Shown: piece by piece, positions 52,505 to 64,000 of the stretch
Layout: each line of letters opens with the position of its first letter
How positions within the stretch are numbered: position 1 is the first letter of the stretch
DNA from: Eledone cirrhosa
Lineage: Eukaryota
Length of the DNA stretch: 64,000 bases
Assembly: GCA_964016885.1 (NCBI GenBank)
Contig: OZ024743.1
Span: forward strand, 301,320,001-301,384,000
Direction of reading: 5' to 3'
Notes under the pieces: generated by a model
The model's input: the letters and a program-made list of their open reading frames with translations, nothing else
The model's database searches: none
Told to the model about the DNA's origin: nothing
Made by a program: the position numbers and the translations under genes

Positions 52505-54826
52505 TTAGTTAAGCAAAACAAGACCACACATTTCACAAGGAAGACATTATTAAAAGATTGTCAACATACTTTAGTTTGATGTAAGGAAGTAGATAATAAT
52601 AATAATAATATTAATAATAATAATGTCTGTTTACAATTGTTTCGCTACTCCATATAATATTTCTGGATCAGATGACTATATATCATTATTGATCTGGTTC
52701 AGTTGAAAATAATTAACATATTTAAAAACAGAGCGGCTCATCGGGACTTCAAAGGAATATAAATTAAAATAAGGAGAGAATGTTACATAATGTAATCTTC
52801 CATATATTGGTATTTCACTATGGTGTCCTGGTTGTATCAGTTGTCAGCCATAATCAAGCAGTATTCGGCTGTCGAGGCTGCATTGTGTGAGATCTGCCTA
52901 GGGGTAACAGGATGGCTGCCAAAGGATATATTTACCTTACTAACTAGAGGGTGGTTTCAGGGGAAGTAACTCCTCGGAAAATTAAAAAAATTGAGGGTAG
53001 ATTATAGTTAAGTGCTAATTGTTAACTTGTTTAATTGAGAGACAATTTTGGGGAGGTAACTTATAATTATCAAGTTACTTATAGATATTTAAATTATTAG
53101 CTACAAGTAAAAATGGGGCTAGATGACTATGTTGGGTCAGATATTCTATTGGCGAAGGAATTAGCCCGTCGATGTTGACAGCTAATAGTTACCTCGGTTC
53201 TATCGTTAATCGGTAGAGGTCGTGATAGAGTTATGTTATTTTCTTCGGTAATACAGAGATCACAAGATTTTCTTCGTCCATTGAACGGTTGGGCCCTAGC
53301 CACGATATCCCATTTTAGTTAGTGTTCAAAGTCGCTTAATTTAAGGTTTTTAATGAGCCTAGCTAGAGATGTCGACCATCTGTTGCTAGAGTCAAGGAAG
53401 GAAAAAGATTGCGCGTTATAGCGTACCTTAAAATGGTTAGAGCTAGACCCGATACAAGAGCTGGTATTCGAAGCAGTTTTAAGCGTGCACCTATAGATTA
53501 TGTTGGGTCTCAAGCAGTGTCCATTTAATGGGCATGCATTAGGGTAACGGCAGATGCAGTTGCTTCTGTGGTTAGTGAGAGTAGGGTAGTTTAACCTAAG
53601 GGGTTGGGTAGTGCTAGAAGGATTAGATGGGGCAGGTGTGCAATTAGAGTAATTATTGGAGTAGTGGCGTGGTGTATTTGATAGGGTGGTGGTACCGCGG
53701 TGTGGTAGTTATAGTGTCTTAATTTATGATGGTTACTGAATGTGATGTGGCTAGCTAGGTTAGCTGTTGTGGAGAATGAATACATTAAGCAACATTGAAC
53801 ACTCACTAAAATGGCATATCGAGGCTAGGGCCCAACCGTTCAATGAACGAAGAAAATCTTGTGATCTCTGTATTACCGAAGCATATTACATAACTCTATC
53901 ATGACCTCTACCGATTAACGATAGAACGGAGGTAACTATTAGCTGTCAACATCGAAGGGCTAATTCCTTCGACAATAGAATATTTGACCCAACATATTCA
54001 TCTAGCCCCATTTTTACTTGTAGCTAATAATTTAAATAGCTATAACTAACTTAGATAATTATAAGTTACCTCCCATACATTGTCTCTCAATTAAACAATT
54101 TAAGAATTAGCACTTAACTGTAATCTACCCACAATTTCTAATCTCTCGAGGAGTTAATTCCCCTGGAAGTACTCTCTAATTAGTAAGGTAAATATGTCCT
54201 TTGGCAGCCACCTTGTTACGCCTAGGCACATCTCACACAAAGCAGCCTCGACAGACGAATACTGCTTGATTATGGCTGACAACTGATACAACCAGGACAC
54301 CATAGTGAAATACCAATATATGGAACATTACATTATGTAATATTCTATCCTTATTTTAATTTATATTCCTTTGAAGTTCCGATGAGCCGCTCTGTTTTGA
54401 AATATGTTAATTATTTTCAACTGAACCAGATCAATAATGATATATAGTCATCTGATCCAGAAATATTATATGGAGTAGCGAAACATTTGTAAACGGAGAT
54501 TATTATTAATGTTATTAATAATAATTAGACGGTGGATTGGCAGTATCGGTAGAGGGTCGGACGCCATGCTTTGGCGATAGAGTTACGGCCCTTGCCATTC
54601 TGAGTTCAAATCCCGCCGAGGTTAACTTTGCCTTTCCTCCTTACAGGGTACATAAAATAAAGTACCTGTAATGTACTGGGATAATTGCTGGCCTTGTGCC
54701 AAAAAGTAGAAACAATTATTATTATTATTCTCTACATTCCTTACATGAAACTAAAATATGTTCACAATCTGTTAATAATGTCTTCCTTGTGAAATGTGTA
54801 GGCTTGTTTTTCTTAACTAATGAATA
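52500..54826 (-). mobile_element. Penelope-like element remnant with a long inverted LTR copy (arms ~52500-53305 and ~53820-54826)
   Basis: The spacer encodes CICRYPNACPLNGHCLRPNIIYRC..CIGSSSNHFKVRY on -; arms ~800 bp, reverse-complementary. Confidence 0.82.
54528..54730 (+). mobile_element. Full SINE inserted in the right palindrome arm
   Basis: A box TGGCAGTATCGG, B box GAGTTCAAATC, (ATT)n tail; absent from the left arm. Confidence 0.88.
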
Positions 54827-54990
54827 CTTCCAGCTCTTAGCACCTAGCTTCTGCATGAACCCAGCCATCTTGCTGCTTCCTACTGCATATTGCACATTGA
54901 GCACATGCCTTTACGCTTTGGCTTCTAACTAATTCACCAATCTCTCCTCTCCTATCACCATCTCTCTCTTTAAGATTGGTTACTCTCGAA

Positions 54991-55230
<240 letters not shown>

Positions 55231-56617
55231 GTATTACCGAATAAAATAATAACACATGTTATGGCCTGCTGCAGACATTCATTATTCTATTTATTCTTAA
55301 TCTGCTGTACATTAACGATGACGTAATGCTTCGATTATTCTACCACCAACGCGACTACATCAGATAGCTTTTTTGGTAAAAAGGATGTTATGTAACATGT
55401 ATATTGCATTACAGGTTTTTGAAACGAAGTGGGTACCAGTTCGTTATTTCTCTTTTCAGAGTCCGTCCTCTGGTGAATCCGAATTACTCTGAACATTTTC
55501 TCTCATTCCCTCTGTATATCATTTAGAAATGGTTGTAGGGCCTCAGGGCAATTCTCCCAAGTATATATGATAATGCTTCACCCCGGACAGATTTTGATTT
55601 TGATATGAGTTCTATATACTCTAAAAGTTTCACAGACTGCTATATAACTTAGACGCTTATGTTATCTAATGGAATCTTATGTGTTAGTGGCCTTCAAAGA
55701 TATAATTGTATTTCGTCAAGTTTCTGAAGTGCACTGGAACTCAACATATACATTAATGACTTATTTCTCCATTATGTAGTTATTATAAATATATTAATAT
55801 TAAAATACATTAACAAATATTTCGATCATATTCATTGTGTCATGATCAAGATCTTTCAATGAACAAAATATAAATGTTATGAATTAAAATAGTGCAAATC
55901 ATGTAGTAGGTGCATATGTATTTGGATAAATGCCATAACTATAGGCAAATATAAAAATAGTAATATTTAATTCTATGAAATATGTAAAGGTATGAAAAGT
56001 GCAAAATGCTATAGAAATGAAACATTCATTGAAAGAGCAGACGAAAATATGAAACACATTACGTGTACAGTAAATTTGTATTTCGTCTTCAGGCTGAAAT
56101 ATAAATAGAACAGCGTTGTAAAAGAACGCTTGTATAAGACAACACACAAAGAAATAAAATACTTTTGTGTAAATTCGTATACAGTAGTTCATACCAGAGC
56201 TTGATTAAAATACATATATTCTAAAACACTAGCATGAGAAACATGTTCATGAAACACACCTTTTTCATCCCAGGGTACTTCAGTAGATTAAAGTAAATGC
56301 CAATTTATATATACCACATATATTTCAGTAAATTATTATTACATCACCTGACAATGTTAAAAAACAATATTTATTTCGAATGCTAAAATTATATATAATA
56401 TTGCGTAAACAAATAAAGAAAAGAGTATTTCTGGAAGATGATTATGTACCAAAACTAAAACTAAAATTGATTCACACTGATGCCATATGGGAATCTAATT
56501 ATTTAAACTGCCTGTCTCTAACCGCTGTGTAACTTTTAAATTGAGCACCATAATCGTATTATACACCGATGATAAGCACCTGAGGGGAACACCAACTATG
56601 CCACCATTATTATACCT

Positions 56618-56960
56618 GAATTGGCCATATCGGTAGAGGGTCGGACACACATGATTTCCAGCATAGTTACGTCCCTTTACGGTCTGAGTTCAAATCCCGT
56701 GGAGATTAACTTTGCCTTCCATCCTTTCGGGGTCGATAAAATAAAGTACCAGTAATACACAGGGATAATAGCTGGCCTTGTGCCAACAGTAGAAACAATT
56801 ATTATACCGTTGGATTGGCAGTATCGGTAGAGAGTCGGAAAACAAGCTTTGAAGTATAGAGTTCCGTCCCTTTATGATCTTTACGGGCTCGATAAAATAA
56901 AGTAGCAATAAAGTACTGGGTAATTGCTGGCCTTATGCCAAAGGTAGAAACAATTATTAT
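56618..56960 (+). mobile_element. Two tandem SINE copies, the second internally deleted
   Basis: Both start TTGGC..TATCGGTAGAG and end GTAGAAACAATTATTAT. Confidence 0.82.
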
Positions 56961-56997
56961 GCCTATGGGGTCAGGAATGTTATTGTACCAAACAAGA

Positions 56998-57134
56998 AGG
57001 TGAAATATAAAATAATTATGAAATATCCTCTATATAATATATCTAGCTACATCGCAATCGTGTTATAACACGATTGCGCTTTAGCTAGATATTATATATA
57101 GAGGATATTTCATAATTCTTTTATATTACACCTA
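56998..57134. repeat. Spacer-less palindrome of ~137 bp
   Basis: Centre GCAATCGTGTTA|TAACACGATTGC; arms TATGAAATATCCTCTATATA and TATATAGAGGATATTTCATA. Confidence 0.9.
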
Positions 57135-57573
57135 TTTGAGAACAAATCGCGCAGTCACACATATAGGCATACACAGGCAAACATGTACACACATACACAC
57201 ACACATGCAAATATAAGAATAGGTGGCTCGTAACAACGAAGAAAAAATAATTTCATTTGTATAATGTTTGTGCTGGGACGCCGAGTTTTCCATTTTCCTC
57301 AGAATTCTAATATCCTCGCGTTACAAAACGTAATATTCGAGTTAATTTTGTTTATTCCTTTTAATAGCTATTCCAGCTTTCTATTACGGATTTATCCCAT
57401 GCTTAAGTTGAGTTGTCTTTTTTTGCAACTTTCTGTACTCCTTTATTTCATTCTATCTTCTATCCATTCTATCTTACTGCTCCTTTTCATTCTTTCTCTC
57501 CCTTCTATAGACCAGTTCCGCTTACATTGCCATTGTTCACTCTTTCTCGCGACGACTTGAAGTCGATTAGACG

Positions 57574-57609
<36 letters not shown>

Positions 57610-57610
57610 G

Positions 57611-58924
57611 TGGGAAAGTAAAAAAATCGGAGAATAGACCGTTAAAACATGTTTATTTAAAACAGCACCTACGTACGTTTCGCCCAGTTGGGCTTCTCAA
57701 GGGCATAAATAATCAAAAGTGTTCCTTATATTGCTCAGAAAGAGATTTGGGGGTTAAATCCACATCAAGGTTCATTGCTCGCATAAATAGCTTGTTTTGA
57801 ATTTGCAGCAGGTCAAGGGAGGTAACTCTGGCCGGTGTTAGGGCAGTCTTTCCCGGACAATTTTTTTTTTTTTTTTGGCCGCATCTGTTTGTCTGAGGCT
57901 GGGTCTGGTATGCAAGGATTGTTTCATGGGTGTTATTTTGCAGCGCCTGCCCACCGGGGAGTTAAGACTTGTTGCAGGGAGATCCGGTGTACGGTTTCAC
58001 TCCGCATCCTTAACACATCTGAAGAAGGATATTTTTAAGCGATGTGTAAAACTTATCGCTGTTTCAGCTCTGCTGTTGATGAGCTCGTGGGGCGCAGTTA
58101 TGATGCGGTAGAGCTCCATGAGGCAGAGATCGAATTTCCTCTTTAAGTTTTACGGTGCAGCCCTACCGACAATCTCCCAGTGCGTGGAAAAGCTGATGTT
58201 TAAGTCCGTTAGTAATGTGATGTAGTCCGCGAGCGAGGTGGAGTGCCTTAGTTTTCTATTTGTGAAAGAGTGGAGATGTGTTCGAAACCTAATTTTGAAC
58301 GGGCTGGAGGTAGCCCCTATATAATGTTTAACGCTATTGTGGCTAGTATTAGTGCATCTATAAATAACCTTATCAGTCAAGCAGTATCCTCTAAGGGGGC
58401 AGCGTCCTCCGTCGCGGCAGTTGCAATTTCTGTCGCGGTTCCGTCTATTTCCTACGGTAAGGCTATCATTGTTGCTGCCTACTTTGTTACCTACGCTACC
58501 ACAGCTGTCGTTAGCACCATTACAACCCACAGCACGCGGGGTGGTGCGATTGTTATTCCGCACGTCATGTCCTGCATGTTCCCCAGTCATTTCGCGGTGT
58601 TGCTGGTTGTGTCTGCGAATGCCGTTGTCAACACTATTGGATGCTGCCAGGGAGTTGTTAAGGCCGAAAAAAAAATTGTCCGGGAATAACTGCCCTAACA
58701 CCGGCCAGAGATACCTCCCCTGACCTGCTGCAAAATTAAAACAAGCTATTTTTGCGAGCAATAAACCTTGATGTAGATTTAACCCCAAAACCTCTTTCCG
58801 AGCAATATCAGGAACACTTTTGATTATTTATGCCCTTGAGAAATCCAACTGGGCGAAACGTACGTAGGTGGTGTTTTAAATAAACATGTTTTAACGGTCT
58901 ATTCTCCGATTTTTTACTTTCCCA
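57611..58924 (-). mobile_element. Penelope-like (Neptune-type) element, 5'-truncated, with an inverted 5' LTR
   Basis: CNCRDGGRCPLRGYCLTDKVIYRC..YIGAT..FKIRFRTHLHSF..STSLA..DLCLMEL on -; arms 57611-57880 and 58660-58924; (TA)n on the left. Confidence 0.88.
57666..57705 (-). ncRNA. Minimal hammerhead motif, U3-A8 variant (inverted copy at 58833-58868 on +)
   Basis: cc TTGAGAA gccc-aact-gggc GAAA cgtacg TA gg; palindromic stem III; AATAAA just downstream; stem I is short. Confidence 0.65.
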
Positions 58925-59115
58925 AGGGCTTACGCTCTGCTAGCTCTCTAGCCCACTAAATATTAACACTTCGAATATTTAATACTGCCGGCACTAGTAT
59001 CGAGCACCTTTGGCATACGCTACTTGGCAAATAACTATATGTATCAAATATCCTCCCCTTTTTTTCTGTTTCTCGATACGTAAATACTGTATATATATAT
59101 ATATATATATATATA

Positions 59116-60425
59116 AATCAAGAAAGAAGAGTGGCACGGTTTGGTATACAAAAAAAGTTTTTTAATCTCATTGCTGACAATTGTTTCTCTGAACTGGTAG
59201 ATCTACAGATCGGTACCCGCTTGTTTTCACGTTATTCGATCACCAATACAAAGTTCTAACCAGTCAATTCATCGGAGCTTCTGAGAATGAAAGGAATATA
59301 CAGGCTTGGCTACTATATATAGTAGTAATGGCATTCAATCAGAACAATAACAAAAATACTAACAATGCTAGCAATAAATTAATTGAAATAATCACAACAT
59401 CAATCTAGGTCGGAAATATAGTATATCTACGATTTTAGCGTGTAAAACTAGCTGACATGAGGCAGATGTATAAAATTGACATGTAAAAGCTATCCTGGGG
59501 TGTATTATATATAGTGTAAAGATAAGCCGGTGGCTTTAAACAATGTAGGTCTGGTGGCCGTAAGAATCATTTATTATCTGACAGATGAAAAATGTATCAG
59601 TGTAGTGAGGGTAGTAATATTTGTGGTGTTAGGTTCAATATTTGTGTGGTCTATATTAGATGAAAGGGTTGTCTTGGTTTCTCATCATCAATAACATACA
59701 TGTATAAGACAAGATTAACAGAGTAGCAATATAATAGGCAAATTAATACAGAGGTTAATGAGGCAATATATATATACATATATATGTATATATATACATA
59801 TATATATATATATATAAAGAGAAAACATGCTGACTACAATTATAACAGGAGGAAGGTAAAGTTCTGCGGTAGTAGTATTTTGAAATGTTCTTGGATTTAG
59901 GTTCATTTGTTATAGACCACACAAATATTGAACCTAACACCACAAATATTACTACCCTCACTAGAGTGATACATTTTTCATCTGTCAGATAATAAATGAT
60001 TCTTACGGCCACCAGACCTACATTGTTTATATAATACACCCCAAGACAGCTTTTACATGTCAATTTTATACATCTGCCTCATGCCAGCTAGTTTTACACG
60101 CTAAAATCGTAGATATACTATATTTCACACCTAGATGGATGTTGTGATTATTTTAAATAATTTATTGCTAGCATTGTTAGTGTTGTTGTTATTGTTCTGA
60201 TTGAATGCCAATACTACTATATATAGTAGCCATGCCTGTATATTCCTTTCATTCTCACAAGCTCTGAGGAATTGACTGGTAATAACTTTGTATTGGTGAT
60301 CGAACAACGTGAAAACCAGCTGGTAGCGATCTCTAGACCTACCAGTTCAGAGAAACAATTGTCAGCAATGAGATTAAAAACCTTTTTTGTATAGCAAACC
60401 GTGTCACTCTTCTTTCCTGATTTAT
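59116..60425. mobile_element. Palindrome (arms ~59116-59660 and ~59908-60425), probable PLE LTR remnant with a decayed hammerhead
   Basis: Arms are reverse-complementary; CTGTAGA tct-accagttc-aga GAAA caattg TC at 59173-59211 on -, mirrored at 60328-60366. Confidence 0.7.
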
Positions 60426-60578
60426 CATTACTCCAAGTGTTTACAACATAGGAATTACAGCGTACTCGCAACATCACTATGGAACCGCATTGTTAAGTCA
60501 AACTTAGCCAGGTGTTGATATCATCAACCACCCGGAGTACCATAACTGGACTACACTTAAGTGGACTACCTATAACAA

Positions 60579-60612
<34 letters not shown>

Positions 60613-60615
<3 letters not shown>

Positions 60616-60672
60616 CATCTAATCGACTTCAAGTCGTCGCGAAAGAGGGTGGACATATTTATGTATGCATAC

Positions 60673-60742
<70 letters not shown>

Positions 60743-60798
60743 GTAAGTATGTATGTATACGTACATACATATATGTATACAGACGTACAGTAGCATGC

Positions 60799-60829
<31 letters not shown>

Positions 60830-61181
60830 TACATATATACATACAGGTACACATGTATATATATGTACGTATCAGTTTAGCGAACGTTTATTATAACGCC
60901 CGCTTTGTTCGATTGTAAACAAAAAGGTGACGTGGTTGCCTTAACACCGTATGGCATAAATCAGGCTGTTCGCTTGTTTACAAACGAACAAAGCGGGCGT
61001 TATAATAAAAGTTCGCTAAACTGATACGTACATATATATATATGTGTACCTGTATGTATATATGTATATATATATATGCATGCTACTGTACGTCTGTATA
61101 CATATATGTATGTACGTATACATACATACTTACATTTAAGTAAGTGCCGTACTAAGAGTGAGAAATGAAATTTCGTTTCAT
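60613..61181. mobile_element. Unclassified fold-back element Y, copy 2 (opposite orientation to copy 1)
   Basis: Arms ~60738-60921 and ~60975-61137; right end CTAAGAGTGAGAAATGAAATTTCGTTTCATT; left end GTGCATCTAATCGACTTCAAGTCGTCGCG also occurs inverted at 57540-57578; (TA)n on both sides. Confidence 0.65.
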
Positions 61182-61191
61182 TATATTACAA

Positions 61192-61288
<97 letters not shown>

Positions 61289-61314
61289 TGAGAGAGATTT
61301 TGAGTTCATGTTGG

Positions 61315-61990
61315 TTGTATACCAACACCTCAGTATGCAGGCTGGAGCACTCGACGAAGTGCGCAGGTTGGTTTGGTTACTCCGGAGTAGTGTAAAATAA
61401 AGTTAAATAAAAGTCAAATGATTAAAATTTAGCTTCGTTTATTACTGCTATATATATTTCAGTGACATCCATCTTTGGCTGTGACCTCTTCAGGCAGTTT
61501 GAATTAGTATGGTATAGAGAAGTACATATGTTGTTTAGGTGTATGATATTGTCAATACTCTGATATGCCCAGTTCCTTGTTGGGTTGTTAATTCACTGGG
61601 GAACTGGCGTCATATGAATTCAAACAAACGAATTTTCGTGTCACAGGTCCCCTTCTCCTCTCATTGGTCAGTTATTAGAACATTCTTCATTCTAAGTGTT
61701 GTTATTGTTGGAGTTAGCTTAAAAATTGATAAAATGGTAGAAGGGACAAGGTGTTGAAGGAACAAAATATCAAAACATGTGTCAAACTTCCCATTGTTCA
61801 GTTTTGAGAGCATTCCTCAGTCAGAAGTCTATAGAATTCTTTCTGGGGTGAGGCTCCCTGTAATGTTTTTGCCTGCTATTGTTCAGTACATTTGACCTCC
61901 ATCATTATTTTGGTACTGTTGTTGTTGTAGTGGTCAGCTTATATCTTGCTGCTGCTAACAATTTTGAAGTATCCAGTTTGTTTGTGTTTT
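61315..61990 (-). mobile_element. Probable old PLE 3' end (hammerhead, AATAAA, tail)
   Basis: Hammerhead followed at once by AATAAA and a tail also found at 51200-51530; upstream boundary uncertain. Confidence 0.55.
61444..61498 (-). ncRNA. Minimal type I hammerhead ribozyme motif
   Basis: actgc CTGAAGA ggtcacagcca-aaga-tggatgtcact GAAA tatata TA gcagt; 5 bp stem I, palindromic stem III. Confidence 0.8.
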
Positions 61991-62519
61991 CTCTTCCTCC
62001 CACCCGCCACCATCGTAGTGGTGGTGGTGGTGGGGTGGGGTGGGGGGGTATTTAATGTATATGAAGAAATATAAGGCAATAAATGAAGAAAACAGAAAAT
62101 AAATAAATAATATAATAAAATAAAATAATTAATATAATTTGTGTAATTTGAAAATAAAAAAATAAATAGAGAATAAATAATAAAGAGTAAATGAGAGATT
62201 GGTGAAAAAGTAATGATAATGTATATGGAGAAGTGAGAAACAATGTAGGATAAAGTGTGTGCGTGTGTGCTATAACCAATCTCAAGGTCAGAATATGTTG
62301 GATAGATTGGTATGATACAAGATGTTAAGATGAGATATTCAATGTGTTTGTGTTATAATCTATCTCAACTTAAAATAAATATAAGGTGATACAGTGAAGA
62401 GGGCAGAAAACAAATAACAAATTAATAAAGAGAAATCAAGATTTAAGATTGGAACTTTAAAGTCAGAAATCTGGTAAATTAAAAGTGTTTGTGTTATAGA
62501 TGTTGGCCAGATTATTATG

Positions 62520-64000
62520 GCTGTGTCGATTCTATCTCTAGGCTATCATGGTGTCTGCTCCGCCTGGGTTGTTCCCTATGGCTTGAAGGGAGTTCACAAC
62601 CTAGGGTGTTGTAATTGCCCATATAGCTTGAGGGAGGTCTGGCCGAGAGGTGTTTTCATGTTCTGTAGAAGTCCCTATAGCTTGAGGGGAGTTCACATCT
62701 TCTTGTGTTGCTACTGTCCATATATTTTGATAAAGGTCCCGGCTCTAAGGTGTCTGCATGTCCCGAAGAAGTCGGTTCTGAGGTTTATCAGGCCGCTTCC
62801 ACCTCTTAGTATCTTGAGGGTCTCGTTCAGGCATAGTTTGCATATGCAAGATCCCCCTTTATCGGGTGGTACTTTCCTGATTATGTACCATGCCAGTGAG
62901 TATGGGGTCCTGTCCAGCTTAAGCTTCCAGATCAGGTCGGAGAGAGCTGTGCTTTTCCTTTTGGCCTCCTTCTTGAATGAATGGCGATGGTTGTACCAGC
63001 GGTCCTTAAAGCTCGTTGATGTGGCTCCTATGTTGAGGTGTTCGGAGTTGGGGGTTTTAACCCTACAACCGTACACTATGTTCTTCTTGAGACATTCATT
63101 ACCAAGGGAGCATGATTAGGGGTTTCTACAGTTGCAGAGGTTGGTCGGCCTCTGCGTGCCTAGATTAGGGTTCTCATTATGTGTTACATGTGGTCTTCCC
63201 CCATGCTCGGTGGGGGGTCCTTGGGTCTGTTTGTGTTTCTTGGGTGGGCTCTGGGTCCCCCCTTTCCCTCCTTTCACATGGTTCTGCTGAGTGTTTGTAT
63301 TGCCATCTTCTGGTTGTGTGTGGTTTTTAAGCCTACTTCTGTTGATGCTAGCTATGTGTTGGGCCAAATTTCTCGTGGTGGAATACGAAAGCTTCACAGT
63401 GTGTCTGTTGAAGGTCCTGTGGTATCTGTGGTCCCTCGGGAAGCATTTGTCAAGTGCTCCAAAAAATAATCGGGCCAAGCTTTTCTTTAGGGCCGCTGAG
63501 TAGGGTGGGTTGTACCACGTGATTTGTCGGTGTCTCCTCCTATATGTGTGGGTTGGGGGCTTCGTGATTTGTTGGAGATTTGTTGGTTTGCTGGTGGTTT
63601 CCGCACTGTTGCTTCCCTTTTGGCCTCTATACTTTTTGTTATCTTCACGGCCCGGATTTGTGGGGTGGTTGTTGTCTTCCCCGGGAGATCCATCGTGGGG
63701 TGGTCGCCCGTTTCAAACCCCCCCCCCCCACGTGCCCTGCGGTTGGGGTTGTCCGTCCTGGGGTAGTTAGCATCACGCCTGAGACTACTACTCATATTGT
63801 GCTCCATCTCGTGGTCAAGCGCACTGGTCCCCACCGCCCGTGTGGTGGTGTCTGGTACATGGTGCCTATTTGATTCTGCTCTGCCTGTATTGTTAGGGTT
63901 CGCCCTCCCCCCTCTGGCAACGTGGTTGTGGGTGTCTGTTGGGCTATCCACCTCCCGGCTTTTCGGACTATATGTTATATTTTGTCCATGTGCCGCCTTC
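62520..64000 (-). mobile_element. Penelope-like (Neptune-type) element, linker plus GIY-YIG region, decayed
   Basis: RQITWYNPPYS, FNRHTVKLSYS, CNCRNP, VYGC..IGATSTSFKDRWYNHRHSF..STALS..CKLCLNE..GTCRH. Confidence 0.9.

Noticed and set aside
54370-54415. Hammerhead in the 52.5-54.8 kb arms (CCGATGA..GAAA)
   Set aside because: The core is mutated and stems I and II cannot be formed; at most a decayed relic.
55440-55565. Host exon after a splice-acceptor-like TTTCTCTTTTCAG
   Set aside because: Stops in all three frames and no recognisable protein; cannot be supported without RNA data.

Overview
Eukaryotic, AT-rich, almost entirely repetitive DNA with no convincing host gene. The SINE type and the dense (TA)n/(TAA)n/(CA)n microsatellites suggest a coleoid cephalopod (octopus-like), which is an inference. 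Two clusters (1-24.2 kb and 33.1-41.6 kb) are stacks of non-LTR retrotransposons separated by (TAA)n tracts. They hold at least three families of R4/Dong-clade elements (single ORF, RT plus restriction-like endonuclease), all on +, and two Tx1/L1-type families plus tRNA-derived Meta-domain SINEs with (ATT)n tails, nearly all on -. Elsewhere are a Helitron remnant, a twin-primed RTE fragment, a CR1-group LINE with an open Myb-like/polyQ/CCCH ORF1, and several Penelope-like (GIY-YIG) remnants forming long palindromes with minimal type I hammerhead ribozyme motifs. Main unexplained signals: a ~600 bp leader shared by two divergent full-length Dong families, structured motifs shared across Dong families, similar SINE and Tx1 3' ends, and a fold-back element family with internally homogenised arms. 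Boundaries were read by eye and are approximate.
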